Positions 28,424-39,194 of a stretch of 64,000 nt of DNA are shown one piece after another. The number at the start of each line of letters is the position of its first letter. The first letter of the stretch is position 1. Source of the DNA: Tubiluchus corallicola (taxonomy: Eukaryota; Animalia; Priapulida); NCBI GenBank assembly GCA_030141605.1, contig JAQGDQ010000216.1, positions 124,001-188,000 on the forward strand. Direction: 5' to 3'. Made by a program: the position numbers and the translations under genes. The notes beneath the pieces are model-generated. The model saw only the letters and a program-made list of their open reading frames with translations, had not been told where the DNA came from and did not search any database.

Positions 28424-30415
28424 TCAGGAGTAATACTTGACAAAGGCCTCTATGGCTTCATATTCGGCCATTCCTAACTTATCGTAGAGCCTGGCAGTTT
28501 GCTTGTTGCGCTGCTCAGCTCTTTGCCAGAACTCACGTTCATCTTCTCCCATAAACATAGCTCCCTCTTTCTGGGACTGATGTCTTAAAATAGCCTCACG
28601 TTTTCGTGACAGCTCTATAGGGCTTATTGGGACTGCCATTTCAATCTCATCTGCCTCCCATTCTGCCCAGGCTCCACGGTATAGCCATACCCAGCAATCT
28701 TTTGCCCACTTCTCATTTTTTAGATGTTCGAGGGCGATTAAGGATGCATCAAGGCAAACACGGTGTGTCCCATGGGGGTCAGACAGGTCTCCGGCAGCAA
28801 ATATCTGATGAGGCCTGACTTTATTTAACAGCTCCATGATGATTTTTACATCTGCTTCTCCAACCGGAGATTTTTGTCTTTTACCTGTTTCGTAAAACGG
28901 GAGGTCTAGAAAGTGTATCCTGTTGTCTGGAATACCGTAATACCTTACTGCAGACCTGGCTTCAGTCCTGCGTATTAACCCTTTTACCATGCGTAGCTCC
29001 AGGATATCTAAATCACTACTTTTTTTTGTTTTTATGAAGTTGATAATTTTCTCTTTTTGCTCCTGTGCCTTTTTATTTCCTCTATCGTAAAATGATGTAT
29101 ATTCATGGTGGAAATCAATAAATTGGCTTACATATTCATCTGAAACAGCGAAGTTCCCTGAAACCTGGTACGCTACATGGACATCATGTTTTTGCTCAAC
29201 AAGGCGCAGTAGTGTCCCTCCCATAGATATTACATCGTCATCGGGATGGGGGCTGAGGACTACAACCCTTTTTTGCTTTGGAATGGCTCTTTCTGGACGG
29301 TTTGTGTCATCAACGTCCGGTTTGCCTCCCGGCCAACCTGTTATGGTATGCTGTATGTCGTTGAAAACACCTATATTGATACGATATGCTGAGCCAACTG
29401 TTGCGAGCAGGTCTCCCAGCCCATGCTCATTGTAATCTTTTCCGGTAAGCTTTAATATAGGCTTATTTGTTTGCTGGCAAAGCCATATTACCGCTTTGCG
29501 TATAAGCCGTTTATTTTTCCAGTCCATATCATCAACCAGCCAAGGCGTTTTGGAACGAATAATATGTGATGCTGCTCCGCTGTCAATAATGATTTTTGCG
29601 TTGGAATGGAGTTGTAAGAATGAAGCCGGAAGTTGAGTGTCAGGATCTTCTTCTACTGCTCTTTGTATCACCTCTGCTTTTCTTTCTCCGAAAGCAAATA
29701 GGATAATTTTACGTGAACTTAAAATTGTACCAATACCCATTGTGATAGCTCTTCCTGGTACACTAGCGAGGTTTTGAAATTCAGAGGCATTCTCTTCCTG
29801 ACGAGTAGCTGCATCAAGTGTAACAATTCTTGTTTTTGAATTTCTGGTTGAACCTGGCTCATTAAATCCGATTTGTCCGGCACGCCCTATCCCCAATATC
29901 ATCAGGTCTATACCTCCGGCTTTTTTTATTTTCTCTTCATACTCTCTACAGTAGTTATGTATCGCATTAAAGATAGTTCTCCCATCAGGGATATAGATAT
30001 TGTTTGGGAGAATATCTACATGGTTAAAAAGGTGCGTGTGCATAAAGTAGTTATAACTGTATATCGAGAGTGGAGTCATTGGGTAATACTCATCCACATT
30101 GAAAGTTATTACATTTTTGAAACTTAGCCCTTCTTCTTTATGCATACGCACTAATTCGGAGAATACGCCCACTTGTGTATCCCCTGTAACAAGCCCGAGT
30201 ACACAATTCTCTTTTTTGTGCTGCTTCTCTTTTATCTCATTGGCAATTTCACGGGCAACAGCAACTGAAGCATCATGCCCTTCCAGGTAGATATATGTAG
30301 GGATATTTTCATATTTTGTTAGCATATCCCTGTGGGTCAGATTGGTCGGGACGCACTCATTACGCTTGTTAAAAATGGGGTTATTGCTTTGTAGTTTTTT
30401 ATTAAGATCCATCAC
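28424..30415 (-). CDS. nagB: Glucosamine-6-phosphate deaminase-like protein fused to a PIG-L/LmbE-like domain
   Basis: FNVDEYYP, GFNEPGS, AITMGIGTIL; second domain SPHPDDDVISMGGT, DPHGTH; the catalytic His appears replaced by Gln. Confidence 0.85.
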   Translation of the reverse strand: MMDLNKKLQSNNPIFNKRNECVPTNLTHRDMLTKYENIPTYIYLEGHDASVAVAREIANEIKEKQHKKENCVLGLVTGDTQVGVFSELVRMHKEEGLSFKNVITFNVDEYYPMTPLSIYSYNYFMHTHLFNHVDILPNNIYIPDGRTIFNAIHNYCREYEEKIKKAGGIDLMILGIGRAGQIGFNEPGSTRNSKTRIVTLDAATRQEENASEFQNLASVPGRAITMGIGTILSSRKIILFAFGERKAEVIQRAVEEDPDTQLPASFLQLHSNAKIIIDSGAASHIIRSKTPWLVDDMDWKNKRLIRKAVIWLCQQTNKPILKLTGKDYNEHGLGDLLATVGSAYRINIGVFNDIQHTITGWPGGKPDVDDTNRPERAIPKQKRVVVLSPHPDDDVISMGGTLLRLVEQKHDVHVAYQVSGNFAVSDEYVSQFIDFHHEYTSFYDRGNKKAQEQKEKIINFIKTKKSSDLDILELRMVKGLIRRTEARSAVRYYGIPDNRIHFLDLPFYETGKRQKSPVGEADVKIIMELLNKVRPHQIFAAGDLSDPHGTHRVCLDASLIALEHLKNEKWAKDCWVWLYRGAWAEWEADEIEMAVPISPIELSRKREAILRHQSQKEGAMFMGEDEREFWQRAEQRNKQTARLYDKLGMAEYEAIEAFVKYYS

Positions 30416-30511
30416 TACCTGTTTTCTACTTATTTATATTTAAAGATATTATTAATGTTCACCCTCAAAATAACAAAAAACTGTTACAAAAGAGCAAAGA
30501 TATTAGAAAGA

Positions 30512-31132
30512 CTATAAAAATTCTCCTGCTTTGTACCTTTGAATGATATGTTCAATCATTGCTTCATCTTCTTCATTATATGTGGCATTGAGATTAGCTC
30601 CAAATAACAGGGCCATTGCCCTCCACATCATCGCCTTACTACTGCCTCTGTACTCTTTAATCAGTTTGTATGGCGATTTGCCCGTCTCTCTTTCAATTAG
30701 TTTTAGCAAAAGGCGATTTTGGCGCATACTTAATGTTTTTAAAGAATCGATATAGGTGTTATAGGTGTGTTTTTCATACCACTTAATATATTTTTTCTTA
30801 TCTTTTTTATCGATGTATATTTCTTCAAACTCTTTATTTACACGCGCAAGCTCCTGTCCAACAATGATTGACATAGGATATGCTTTTATAACATCCTCAA
30901 CCAGCTGGTTGTATTTTTTTCGTTCGCGATTGTTTTTGAACTGATATGGAGGGATTACTTCTATCTCTTTAAGTACTACATCTAGGAGAGTGTCGCCTTG
31001 CTCATGTTTTGCTATACATATAGTGTCTATAATCGAATAGAGACTACCTCTCTCAACCTGTTCTGTTGATTGTGCCCAGCTGTTTGTAAGTGACGTATAA
31101 ACTAGAATTATATAGATGATCAGTGTTTGCAT
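30512..31132 (-). CDS. DUF4294-like hypothetical protein
   Basis: F.N..ERKKY..LV..V...YP, LLLKLIERETG.SPY.LIKEYRG, FGANL. Confidence 0.8.
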   Translation of the reverse strand: MQTLIIYIILVYTSLTNSWAQSTEQVERGSLYSIIDTICIAKHEQGDTLLDVVLKEIEVIPPYQFKNNRERKKYNQLVEDVIKAYPMSIIVGQELARVNKEFEEIYIDKKDKKKYIKWYEKHTYNTYIDSLKTLSMRQNRLLLKLIERETGKSPYKLIKEYRGSSKAMMWRAMALLFGANLNATYNEEDEAMIEHIIQRYKAGEFL

Positions 31133-31145
31133 AACATCGCAATTT

Positions 31146-31271
31146 TGAAACTTTTGTAGTTTAAAATTTTGTCAAAATCCCCTTCAAAATCTTCATTTAC
31201 ATTAGTAAACTGCGGCTTTTTATCATTTTTTTTAAATCCAAATCAAAATTTTTTGCTTTGCTAAGCACTCT
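31146..31271 (-). repeat. Dispersed palindromic MITE-like element, copy 7
   Basis: TTTTGTCAAAATCCCCTTCAAAATCTTCATTTACATTAGTAAACTGCGGC core; ends TGAAACTTTTG and CTTTGCTAAGCACTC. Confidence 0.85.
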
Positions 31272-31351
31272 AAAGTTATACATGAATTACAGAAAAGAGA
31301 TGGTAGTGCGGACTTTTTCACATTAATTTTATTTTCTACGGAAATGGGGTG

Positions 31352-34300
31352 CTACTGGTTTGGTGTATGCATACTTTCTGCGCCTATATCCTCTAATACC
31401 TTCATTGCTTCACCAATAGAGTCGATATTATTGAAGATAATATAAAGCTTATCTTTTGTCTCTTTCATTTTACCCTTATCGGGGTTTGAGACCATCCATT
31501 GCAGCAGTGCTTTAAAGTATTGAGAGCGATAATATAAAGATTCTTGATTTGCAGGAAGATAGCATATCATCTTTCTGTTTTTTAGTGTCATTTTCTCAAC
31601 ACTCAGTCTGATTGCAATCCATCGCAATTTTACTACTTCTATAAGCTCTTTTGAGGCTTTGGGTATAGGGCCAAAGCGGTCTATAAGCTTTTCCTTGAAT
31701 TGGCAAAGCTCACTATCGTCTTTCATATTATCCAGGTCTCTGTATAGCAACATTCTTTCGGATGTATTGGAAATATACTCCGTAGGGAAGTGTAGTTCAA
31801 AGTCGGTGTCAATTTGACAATCGGATACAAATTTTGTACTCTGAAGGGGGTGAGAATTGGTATTATCCGTTTCATCCTTAAAGATATCTTTAAACTCTCC
31901 ATTTCTTAACTCCTGCAATGCCTCATCCAGTATTTTATGATAGACCTCAAAGCCTATATCTGAAATAAAGCCGCTCTGCTCAGCTCCTATCAGATTTCCG
32001 GCTCCCCGTATATCAAGATCTCGTGTTGCTATATTGAATCCACTACCCAGGTCGGAAAACTCCTCAATAGCCCTTAGCCTTTGCCTGGCTTCAGGAACAA
32101 GTGTCTCCAGAGGGGGGGATAGCAGGTAACAAAAAGCCTTTTTATTTGAACGACCTACCCTTCCTCGTAGTTGGTGTAACTCACTTAATCCGAAATTATG
32201 CGCATTGTTTATGATTATGGTATTTACATTTGGGATATCCAGGCCTGATTCAATAATAGTGGTGGCCACAAGCAGGTCATAGTCGCCGTTAATGAAGCTT
32301 AACATCGTTCCTTCCAGCGTATCTCCCTTCATTTGTCCATGCCCAACGGCTGTACGTACTGTGGGGCAAATGCGATTTATGAGCGCTTCGACTTCGTAAA
32401 TATTTTGTACACGGTTGTGGATAAAGAAGACTTGTCCTCCTCTGGACGCTTCGTACATGATAGCCTCTCTTATGATATCTTCATTCAGCCTGTGGAGCTC
32501 GGTAACTATCGGATACCGGTTGGGGGGAGGCGTGTTTATTATAGACAGGTCCCGTGCTCCCATTAGGGAAAATTGAAGAGTTCGCGGTATAGGTGTGGCC
32601 GTAAGCGTTAGAGAGTCAACATTCACTTTTAGTTGTTTCAACTTCTCTTTTGCTGAAACTCCAAATCGCTGTTCCTCATCAACAATCAGCAGTCCCAGGT
32701 TTTTAAACTTAACATTTTTACCAACGAGCTTATAAGTACCTATGATTATATCTAGCTTCCCGCTTGACAAGTCATCCAGTACTCTATTTATTTCGGCTGG
32801 TTTTCGCAAACGGCTTATATACTCAACCCTGCATGGAAACTCTTTTAGCCTTTCGGAGAAAGTTTTGTAATGCTGTAGTGCAAGTATTGTTGTGGGGACA
32901 AGCACAGCTACCTGTTTATTATCTGTGGCGGCCTTAAAAGCTGCCCTGATAGCGACTTCTGTTTTTCCAAAACCGACATCTCCGCAAACTAACCTATCCA
33001 TTGGAATACTTCTTTCCATATCTTCTTTAACAGAAAGAGTTGCCCTTAGTTGATCTGGTGTGTCTTCATATATAAAACTCGTTTCGAGCTCTTGCTGCAT
33101 ATAGGTGTCAGGTGAAAAGGCAAACCCTTTCTCTTTTTTGCGCTTGGCATAAAGGGCGATAAGCTCCCTGGCAATATCCTTGGCTTTTTGCTTGGTTTTG
33201 TTCTTTTTATTTTGCCATGCAACAGTTCCCAGTTGATTTATTTTGGGAGATACTCCCTCCTGCCCTTTGTACTTTGAGATGCGGTGTAATGAGTGAATCT
33301 TTACCAGCAGTGAATCATTGTTTTTATACACAAGCCTTATTGACTCTTGTATCTTCCCGTTCACCTCACTTTTAACGAGTCCTGCAAATTTGCCTATGCC
33401 ATGGTCTATATGTACCACATAATCACCCTGATGAAGCTTATTTAACTCCTTTAATGCAATAGCATGCTGGAATGATTTCTTTGAGCGTAGCTTAAACCTG
33501 TGATAACGTTCAAATATTTGATGATTAGTATAGCAACAGATTTTTATATCATGATCAATAAAGCCTTCATGCAGGTCAATAAAGAGATAGTCAAACTCCT
33601 GAGCACTTCCTTTATCTTTAAAGATAGATTTGAGTCTCTCTATTTGTTTAGGGTTCGATGAGAGTATAATACTGGTATATCCATTCTGAGTATTTTCTCT
33701 CAGGTTCTCTTCCAGCAGATCAAAGTTTTTATGAAATAGTGGTTGCTTTGAAGTGTTGAAGTGAAGAGTTGTCGACGATGGGAACAGTCCTCTGTTAATA
33801 GATTCAACACAGGTGAAATTTTCAATACTCCCCAATGTGTCACTCCCGGAAATAAGTTGATTGCTTACTGGTGTGCTGTTTTCTGTCCCGACATCTACAG
33901 CGCTGTTGTAGAGAGAGTTTATATGCTCCTTTACAAAGCTAAAGTCTCTGGCTATTATGATTGTCTGTTTTTTTAAAAAACTGAAAAAAGATATTCGCTT
34001 CTCTTCCTGCAGTCCTTCCTTGATGTTTGGGATAATGGATATATTTTTTATCTCCTCTTTTGATAATTGAGTTTCGGTATCGAATACTCGTATGGAGTCA
34101 ACCTCATTACCAGAAAAATCCACTCTGTAGGGGTCTTCATGGGAAAAAGAGAATATATCTATTATAGAGCCACGAATAGAATACTGCCCGGGACCATAGA
34201 CGAAATCTACCTGCTCGAAACCATACTCAGTCAGCACCTCGTCAATGAACTGTATAGATAGCTTTTCTCCAACCCTAATACCAAGTGTATGTTTATCCAG

Positions 34301-34714
34301 TCCTTCATGTGAAACGACTTTTTCCATTAAGGCTTCAGGGTATGTGATAATGGTATATTTATGCCTCTCTTTGGATAACTTGTTGAGAACATCTGTTCTG
34401 AGAATAATATTCTCGCTATCAATCTTTTTGTACTTGACACTTCTTTTGTAGGAGGAGGGAAAAAATAGGGTGTCCGATTTTATCCCGAGGCTGATTAATT
34501 CATCGTAAAAGTATGCAGCCTCTTCGAGATCGTTTAAAATAATTAACGATGGGAGGTGAGCAGCATTATACAGGGAGGCGTATAGTAGTGACAAGGAAGA
34601 GCCACAAAGCCCTTTTAATGTGACCTTTTGATTGTCATTCTTGCTGACTATAGCTAGAAGCTCTTTTAGTGCCGGATGAGAGCCATAATATTTTACAAAA
34701 TTCTTAAGGTGCAA
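31352..34714 (-). CDS. mfd: Transcription-repair coupling factor
   Basis: UvrB-like N-terminus, [52 protein letters not shown] domain. Confidence 0.98.
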   Translation of the reverse strand: MHLKNFVKYYGSHPALKELLAIVSKNDNQKVTLKGLCGSSLSLLYASLYNAAHLPSLIILNDLEEAAYFYDELISLGIKSDTLFFPSSYKRSVKYKKIDSENIILRTDVLNKLSKERHKYTIITYPEALMEKVVSHEGLDKHTLGIRVGEKLSIQFIDEVLTEYGFEQVDFVYGPGQYSIRGSIIDIFSFSHEDPYRVDFSGNEVDSIRVFDTETQLSKEEIKNISIIPNIKEGLQEEKRISFFSFLKKQTIIIARDFSFVKEHINSLYNSAVDVGTENSTPVSNQLISGSDTLGSIENFTCVESINRGLFPSSTTLHFNTSKQPLFHKNFDLLEENLRENTQNGYTSIILSSNPKQIERLKSIFKDKGSAQEFDYLFIDLHEGFIDHDIKICCYTNHQIFERYHRFKLRSKKSFQHAIALKELNKLHQGDYVVHIDHGIGKFAGLVKSEVNGKIQESIRLVYKNNDSLLVKIHSLHRISKYKGQEGVSPKINQLGTVAWQNKKNKTKQKAKDIARELIALYAKRKKEKGFAFSPDTYMQQELETSFIYEDTPDQLRATLSVKEDMERSIPMDRLVCGDVGFGKTEVAIRAAFKAATDNKQVAVLVPTTILALQHYKTFSERLKEFPCRVEYISRLRKPAEINRVLDDLSSGKLDIIIGTYKLVGKNVKFKNLGLLIVDEEQRFGVSAKEKLKQLKVNVDSLTLTATPIPRTLQFSLMGARDLSIINTPPPNRYPIVTELHRLNEDIIREAIMYEASRGGQVFFIHNRVQNIYEVEALINRICPTVRTAVGHGQMKGDTLEGTMLSFINGDYDLLVATTIIESGLDIPNVNTIIINNAHNFGLSELHQLRGRVGRSNKKAFCYLLSPPLETLVPEARQRLRAIEEFSDLGSGFNIATRDLDIRGAGNLIGAEQSGFISDIGFEVYHKILDEALQELRNGEFKDIFKDETDNTNSHPLQSTKFVSDCQIDTDFELHFPTEYISNTSERMLLYRDLDNMKDDSELCQFKEKLIDRFGPIPKASKELIEVVKLRWIAIRLSVEKMTLKNRKMICYLPANQESLYYRSQYFKALLQWMVSNPDKGKMKETKDKLYIIFNNIDSIGEAMKVLEDIGAESMHTPNQ

Positions 34715-34740
34715 GTCTGTAAATTTTCAATCAAAGGCTA

Positions 34741-34748
34741 CAAAAGTA
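34741..34748 (-). promoter_or_regulatory. Bacteroidota -7 promoter element for mfd
   Basis: Reverse complement TACTTTTG (TAnnTTTG) about 27 bp upstream of the start. Confidence 0.55.
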
Positions 34749-34831
34749 ACAAAATGCAGGTTTGTTCTTTTGTTTAAGCTGATAATTTACGTAATATTTA
34801 CAAAGTAAAAGCGAACAGAATGAAGACGTAG

Positions 34832-34973
34832 TGAGTCCTTTGCAGATCTTATTTTTAAATTGGCATTTTTGTCAAAATCTTTTTCAAAACTCTCATTTAC
34901 ATCAGCAAACTGTGGCTCTTCGTCGGGCTATATTTCAGCCCGTACCAAACCATTTTGCCTTGCAAAGGCCTTA
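34832..34973 (-). repeat. Dispersed palindromic MITE-like element, copy 8
   Basis: TGAGTCCTTTGCAGA...CTCATTTACATCAGCAAACTGTGG...CCTTGCAAAGGCCTTA. Confidence 0.88.
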
Positions 34974-35094
34974 TAGTAAGAATATCCCTGTAATTGTGCT
35001 TTTCCCCCTCAGATAGCCTGTATGATGTAAGTTTTAGGATGTTGGCTTTTGGACGGTTTTAGTATCTAAATTACAGAAATACAAAAACGGTGTC

Positions 35095-36300
35095 TTAGTC
35101 AATGATCGATGTATTAGGCCCTTCCCAGAGCTCTTCATTATGAGGTGTATTATATATGTAATAATCTCGTTTTGATATTACAGAAGGACTTTGTGTATTT
35201 GGTAATTCCATCGGAAGCAGAAGGCATTCGTATGACTCTGTTATTATCTTTTCTGTTGCTTTATCTTTCCATATATTTTCTCTGTGTAACTTTGTATATG
35301 CCAGGCTATAGGTGCCCTGTTTCTTTCGGTATGTAGTGGTAAACTTGTAATTAATAGAGACAGGCTTTGGGCTCTCACTATCTCCTACTGCAAATGAACG
35401 GCCATGGCGGGAGTAGCTGGAGGAGGATACCCATGTATCGTTCCTTACTATAGCATAATCTGCTTTTGTGATATATATTTTACCTTTATATGAGGTTGCA
35501 TAATAGTCTCCAGTATGGCTTATGCTAGGATTGTCTAGCTCATAGCTTATTACCCATGCTGAATCTCCCTCATACTCAATAACCTGATCAAGAGAGAGGC
35601 TGTAGTTGCGTACAAACTCAGATGCAAGCAAATTTCTCCTGCTTCTTACAATATCAAAGTCCAGTAGCTCATCCATAAATGTCATCCCGTCGGCCAGGGA
35701 GGTTATGGTAAAGTTACTTTTGACACTAAGAAAGCGATAGTTGCGCTCTACTTGCTCTTCGTATGCAGTAGTGCGCTTATAGCCTGATGCGTCATATATA
35801 TCTACATTAGCTTCCAGTAGGCGAGTGGGGATATTGTCTTTTATTGCCTGTGATTTATAATATGCTTTCAGGCTAAAAGGTTTTTGTAAATAGTTTTTAG
35901 GGATACTCTCAATAGCATTCCGTACTACACGATATAAAAAAAGAGATCTGGCGCTAATGTCCACCTCTTCAATACCATAAGACTGAGGCTGCATTTCAAT
36001 CCTTATATTGTCCATCTGTGAGAGCTTTGCCAGCTCTATTTTAAATATCTTATACCCTATAGCAGAGGCAAATACGGAGCTGTTCATTTGATGGCCGGAA
36101 ATACTGAAGGAGAAGTGTCCGTTTATATCGCTTGCCGAGCCGGTAAAAGTACCTTCAATACCAATATTAACATAAGGTATAGGCATATCCGTAGATTGGT
36201 CTACAATAGTGCCCCTTATTATCCTGCCATCATTTGTTTGTGCTAAAGCAAAAACAGAAAGCAAGATCATAGCAATAAAAAAGGTAAGTACTCGCTTCAT
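35095..36300 (-). CDS. Carboxypeptidase-like regulatory domain-containing exported protein
   Basis: Signal peptide; GTIVD..T..PIPYVNIGI..T..G.ASD..G.F, SAIGY, then A...IPKNY. Confidence 0.85.
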   Translation of the reverse strand: MKRVLTFFIAMILLSVFALAQTNDGRIIRGTIVDQSTDMPIPYVNIGIEGTFTGSASDINGHFSFSISGHQMNSSVFASAIGYKIFKIELAKLSQMDNIRIEMQPQSYGIEEVDISARSLFLYRVVRNAIESIPKNYLQKPFSLKAYYKSQAIKDNIPTRLLEANVDIYDASGYKRTTAYEEQVERNYRFLSVKSNFTITSLADGMTFMDELLDFDIVRSRRNLLASEFVRNYSLSLDQVIEYEGDSAWVISYELDNPSISHTGDYYATSYKGKIYITKADYAIVRNDTWVSSSSYSRHGRSFAVGDSESPKPVSINYKFTTTYRKKQGTYSLAYTKLHRENIWKDKATEKIITESYECLLLPMELPNTQSPSVISKRDYYIYNTPHNEELWEGPNTSIID

Positions 36301-36421
36301 TAATAAAAATACCTTATTCCTGATGAGGTAACTATCTGCATCCTCTTGTTAAGAAATTTTCTTTAAAGATAAAAAAAGACAGGAATTAAAGTCACTTATT
36401 TTTCACATAGAGTAATAATAG

Positions 36422-36550
36422 CTAAACTTTAGCAGCTCCATCTTTTTGTTAATATTTTCTTCAAAATCCTTACTTACAACAGTAAACTGCGGTTCTTCAC
36501 CGGATTACTTTTCAGCCTTGACCAAATTTCTTTGCTTTGCAAAGCTCTCA
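36422..36550 (-). repeat. Dispersed palindromic MITE-like element, copy 9
   Basis: CATCTTTTTGTTAATATTTTCTTCAAAATCCTTACTTACAACAGTAAACTGCGGTTCTTCA...CTTTGCAAAGCTCTCA. Confidence 0.88.
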
Positions 36551-36599
36551 TCATCTAATTGTTCTATATTTGTTAAACATAATTGAAAAATATGGCATT

Positions 36600-37265
36600 A
36601 TGAAAAATGTACGGATTACTCCAGCTATTATAATCTTTTTTGCCTCTTTACTTATTTTCATATCGTGTGTATCGAAAAAAAAGTATTTGGAGATGCAGGA
36701 GGATAAGGTAAATGCGGAGGAGCATGTTGCAGTACTTACGGGGGATGTCGACTTACTAAGTATGACTCTTGATGAGTTGAAGAGAGAGTTTGATCTGATA
36801 AAGAACAATATTCATATTAGTAATGCGAAGAAGGATGCATATATAGACTCTATTAATGCTAAAATGTCAGGTATGTCTGTTGATGCGGAGCATAAAGAGA
36901 GCGAAGTGACAGATATGATTTACGCTTTTGAATCTGAAGTGAGGCAGTTAAAGTCTGCTGTTGCACAGAAAGATAGGCAGATTGGTGATTTAAAGGTAAG
37001 GGTGGAAGACCAAAAAAAAGAGATTGCTGAAATCAAGCAGAACATTGCTGATTTGAAGTTTTCCAAAATGACTCAGACTGATGACATTCTTGCGAAAGAT
37101 AGAGAGATAGAGCTTAAAAATAAGGAACTTGTAAAAAATGAGGAGGAGGTGGCAAAGCATTTGTCGGAGATAAGTAAGTTAAAGAGGCAGATGGGGATAA
37201 AAGATGAGGAGATTGAGAAGTTGTCTAACCAGGTACAGCTTTTAAAGAAAGAGTTGGGAATGTAA
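36600..37265 (+). CDS. Coiled-coil lipoprotein (MotB/OmpA-like N-terminus, no OmpA domain)
   Basis: Lipobox FISC-VSKKKY, long heptad coiled coil; TATATTTG promoter at 36565-36572 supports ATG 36600. Confidence 0.75.
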   Translation: MKNVRITPAIIIFFASLLIFISCVSKKKYLEMQEDKVNAEEHVAVLTGDVDLLSMTLDELKREFDLIKNNIHISNAKKDAYIDSINAKMSGMSVDAEHKESEVTDMIYAFESEVRQLKSAVAQKDRQIGDLKVRVEDQKKEIAEIKQNIADLKFSKMTQTDDILAKDREIELKNKELVKNEEEVAKHLSEISKLKRQMGIKDEEIEKLSNQVQLLKKELGM

Positions 37266-37305
37266 GATTATTACAGTCGGTGTTGTGGTATTATGCAGGA
37301 TAACC

Positions 37306-38652
37306 CTATGCTATTTTCGGCAAGCTTATACCTTTGATTTTTCTATATAAGTCAAGTGCGTACAGGTCGGTCATACTGGAAATAAAATCAACAACAGACT
37401 GTATCTTTTCGTAAGCAGATTGCTTATCCCCTTTATACTGTGTAGGTATAAGAGATATCATCTTTTTTGACAGTTCACGGTTGGGATTCATTACGGCTAC
37501 AGTAAATTCATCCAGTAGTGTACCGAGAATTTTATGCCCTGCGATTTCAATTTCTATTACGGAGCGGTCGCAATATATCTTTTTAGCAGAAATGCTTTTT
37601 ATTTGCTTCATTGCCGATTGGGAAGCTCCGCTAAGACAGGAGAAGAGTGTTCCGGCAAGCTTTCCTGACAGTATCTCATCATGCTTTTCATAGAAAATTT
37701 GGGCACAGTCGTTCACCAGGCGACTTATTACCATGGAGCGTAGATAAGCAATGCGTTCGTTTTTGTCTGTTACTGTTTTGAAAGTGGTGTTTATATTCTT
37801 GAGTATACTGCTGTCTGCAGGCGACGTGAAGAAGTTGAGAAGCAACTCCTCAGTCTCTTTATATGATAGAATTTTTAATTTGTGGGAATCTTCGACATCC
37901 ATAATCTGATAGCAAATATCGTCGGCAGCTTCTACCAAAAATACCAGAGGGTGCCGAACGTACTTCACGGGGGTGTCAGATATTTTCTTTAAGCCCAGCT
38001 CACTAGCTATTTTGCAATATATATCTTTTTCGCTCTGAAAGAATCCCATTTTTTGTTTTCCTCCTGACAAGGATGATTCATAAGGGTACTTAACTATTGA
38101 AGAGAGTGTCGAGTAGGTTAATGCAAACCCTCCCTGTCTCTTTCCATTGAACTGAGTGCTAAGAGTGCGAAATGCGTTGGCATTTCCATCAAACTGCGTC
38201 ATGTCCATCCATTCGCCCTTCGACATTTCCGATTTGTAGCGCATGCCATTACCATTTTTGAAGAAGTTTGCTATAGCTTCTTCTCCTGAGTGCCCAAACG
38301 GTGGATTCCCAAGGTCGTGTGCCAGACAAGCAGAAGAGACTATTGAACCAATTTCATACAGAAGGATGTTTTGTCCGGGGTCTTTTGAACAAAGCAGCTT
38401 TTGCGATATAATATTTCCTAGTGAGCGCCCTACACTTGCGACTTCAAGTGAGTGTGTTAGCCGGTTATGAACGAATATACTTCCGGGTAACGGAAACAGC
38501 TGTGTCTTGTTTTCGAGACGCCTGAAAGGAGATGAAAAAATTATACGGTCATAATCTCTTTGAAATTGTGACCGTACATCCCCACCGGCTTGCATCTCCT
38601 GTTCTTCAATGCCAAGTCTTTTTGCGGATAATAACCGATTCCAGTTCATCAT
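37306..38652 (-). CDS. dgt: Deoxyguanosinetriphosphate triphosphohydrolase (dGTPase)
   Basis: RDYDRI, HNRLTHSLEV, AHDLGNPPFGHSGE, EAADDICY. Confidence 0.95.
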   Translation of the reverse strand: MMNWNRLLSAKRLGIEEQEMQAGGDVRSQFQRDYDRIIFSSPFRRLENKTQLFPLPGSIFVHNRLTHSLEVASVGRSLGNIISQKLLCSKDPGQNILLYEIGSIVSSACLAHDLGNPPFGHSGEEAIANFFKNGNGMRYKSEMSKGEWMDMTQFDGNANAFRTLSTQFNGKRQGGFALTYSTLSSIVKYPYESSLSGGKQKMGFFQSEKDIYCKIASELGLKKISDTPVKYVRHPLVFLVEAADDICYQIMDVEDSHKLKILSYKETEELLLNFFTSPADSSILKNINTTFKTVTDKNERIAYLRSMVISRLVNDCAQIFYEKHDEILSGKLAGTLFSCLSGASQSAMKQIKSISAKKIYCDRSVIEIEIAGHKILGTLLDEFTVAVMNPNRELSKKMISLIPTQYKGDKQSAYEKIQSVVDFISSMTDLYALDLYRKIKGISLPKIA

Positions 38653-38740
38653 GATCTCAAGTACTCAAATATTTGCCCCTTGCAAATATCTCTGTTTTTT
38701 CTGAGGTAAAGAATAGCAATGTTACATTAAATTCAAGTTG

Positions 38741-38880
38741 CGAGGTCTTTGTAAGGTGAAATATCTTTGGTTGGGCTGAAAATAATTCAATGTAAACTGT
38801 GGCTTACTGATGTAAGTGAGGGTTCTGAAAAAGATTTTGACAACGGTATTAATAAAAGGATGAGCTTTGTAAAGGCCTCA
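38741..38880 (+). repeat. Dispersed palindromic MITE-like element, copy 10
   Basis: CGAGGTCTTTGTAAGG...CTTAC-TGAT-GTAAG-TGAGGG...GATGAGCTTTGTAAAGGCCTCA. Confidence 0.9.
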
Positions 38881-39015
38881 TTATATGTGAAAATACTGAT
38901 CAGAAGATTGGGTGTGTTTAATTCTTTTTTGAAAATTATTTTGCGGGATAGAAATAAGAAAATAGCCTGTCTGCACATAAAATTCTTTATCTTAGCAAAT
39001 AAGTTTTATTGTCAT

Positions 39016-39143
39016 AAGGTCCTTTGTAAAACAAAAAAATGGTTAAGGCTGAAAAGTAATCCGATGAAGAACCGCAGTTTGCTGTTGTAGGAGGGGGCTT
39101 TGAAGAAAGTATTAGCAAAAGGGTGTGTTTTGCAAAGGTTTCA
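39016..39143 (+). repeat. Dispersed palindromic MITE-like element, copy 11
   Basis: AAGGTCCTTTGTAAAAC...CCGATGAAGAACCGCAGTTTGCTGTTGTAGG...TTTTGCAAAGGTTTCA. Confidence 0.88.
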
Positions 39144-39194
39144 TAGTTTTAATTTTATGAGGATGGCATTGGACCAGGTAATTTTATAAATCTT

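Noticed and set aside
15661-39090. ORFs 15661-15921, 34831-35016, 38767-39090, 38787-38978 and the 5' extension of 36537
   Set aside because: They run through copies of the repeat element and have no protein-like features; chance open frames.
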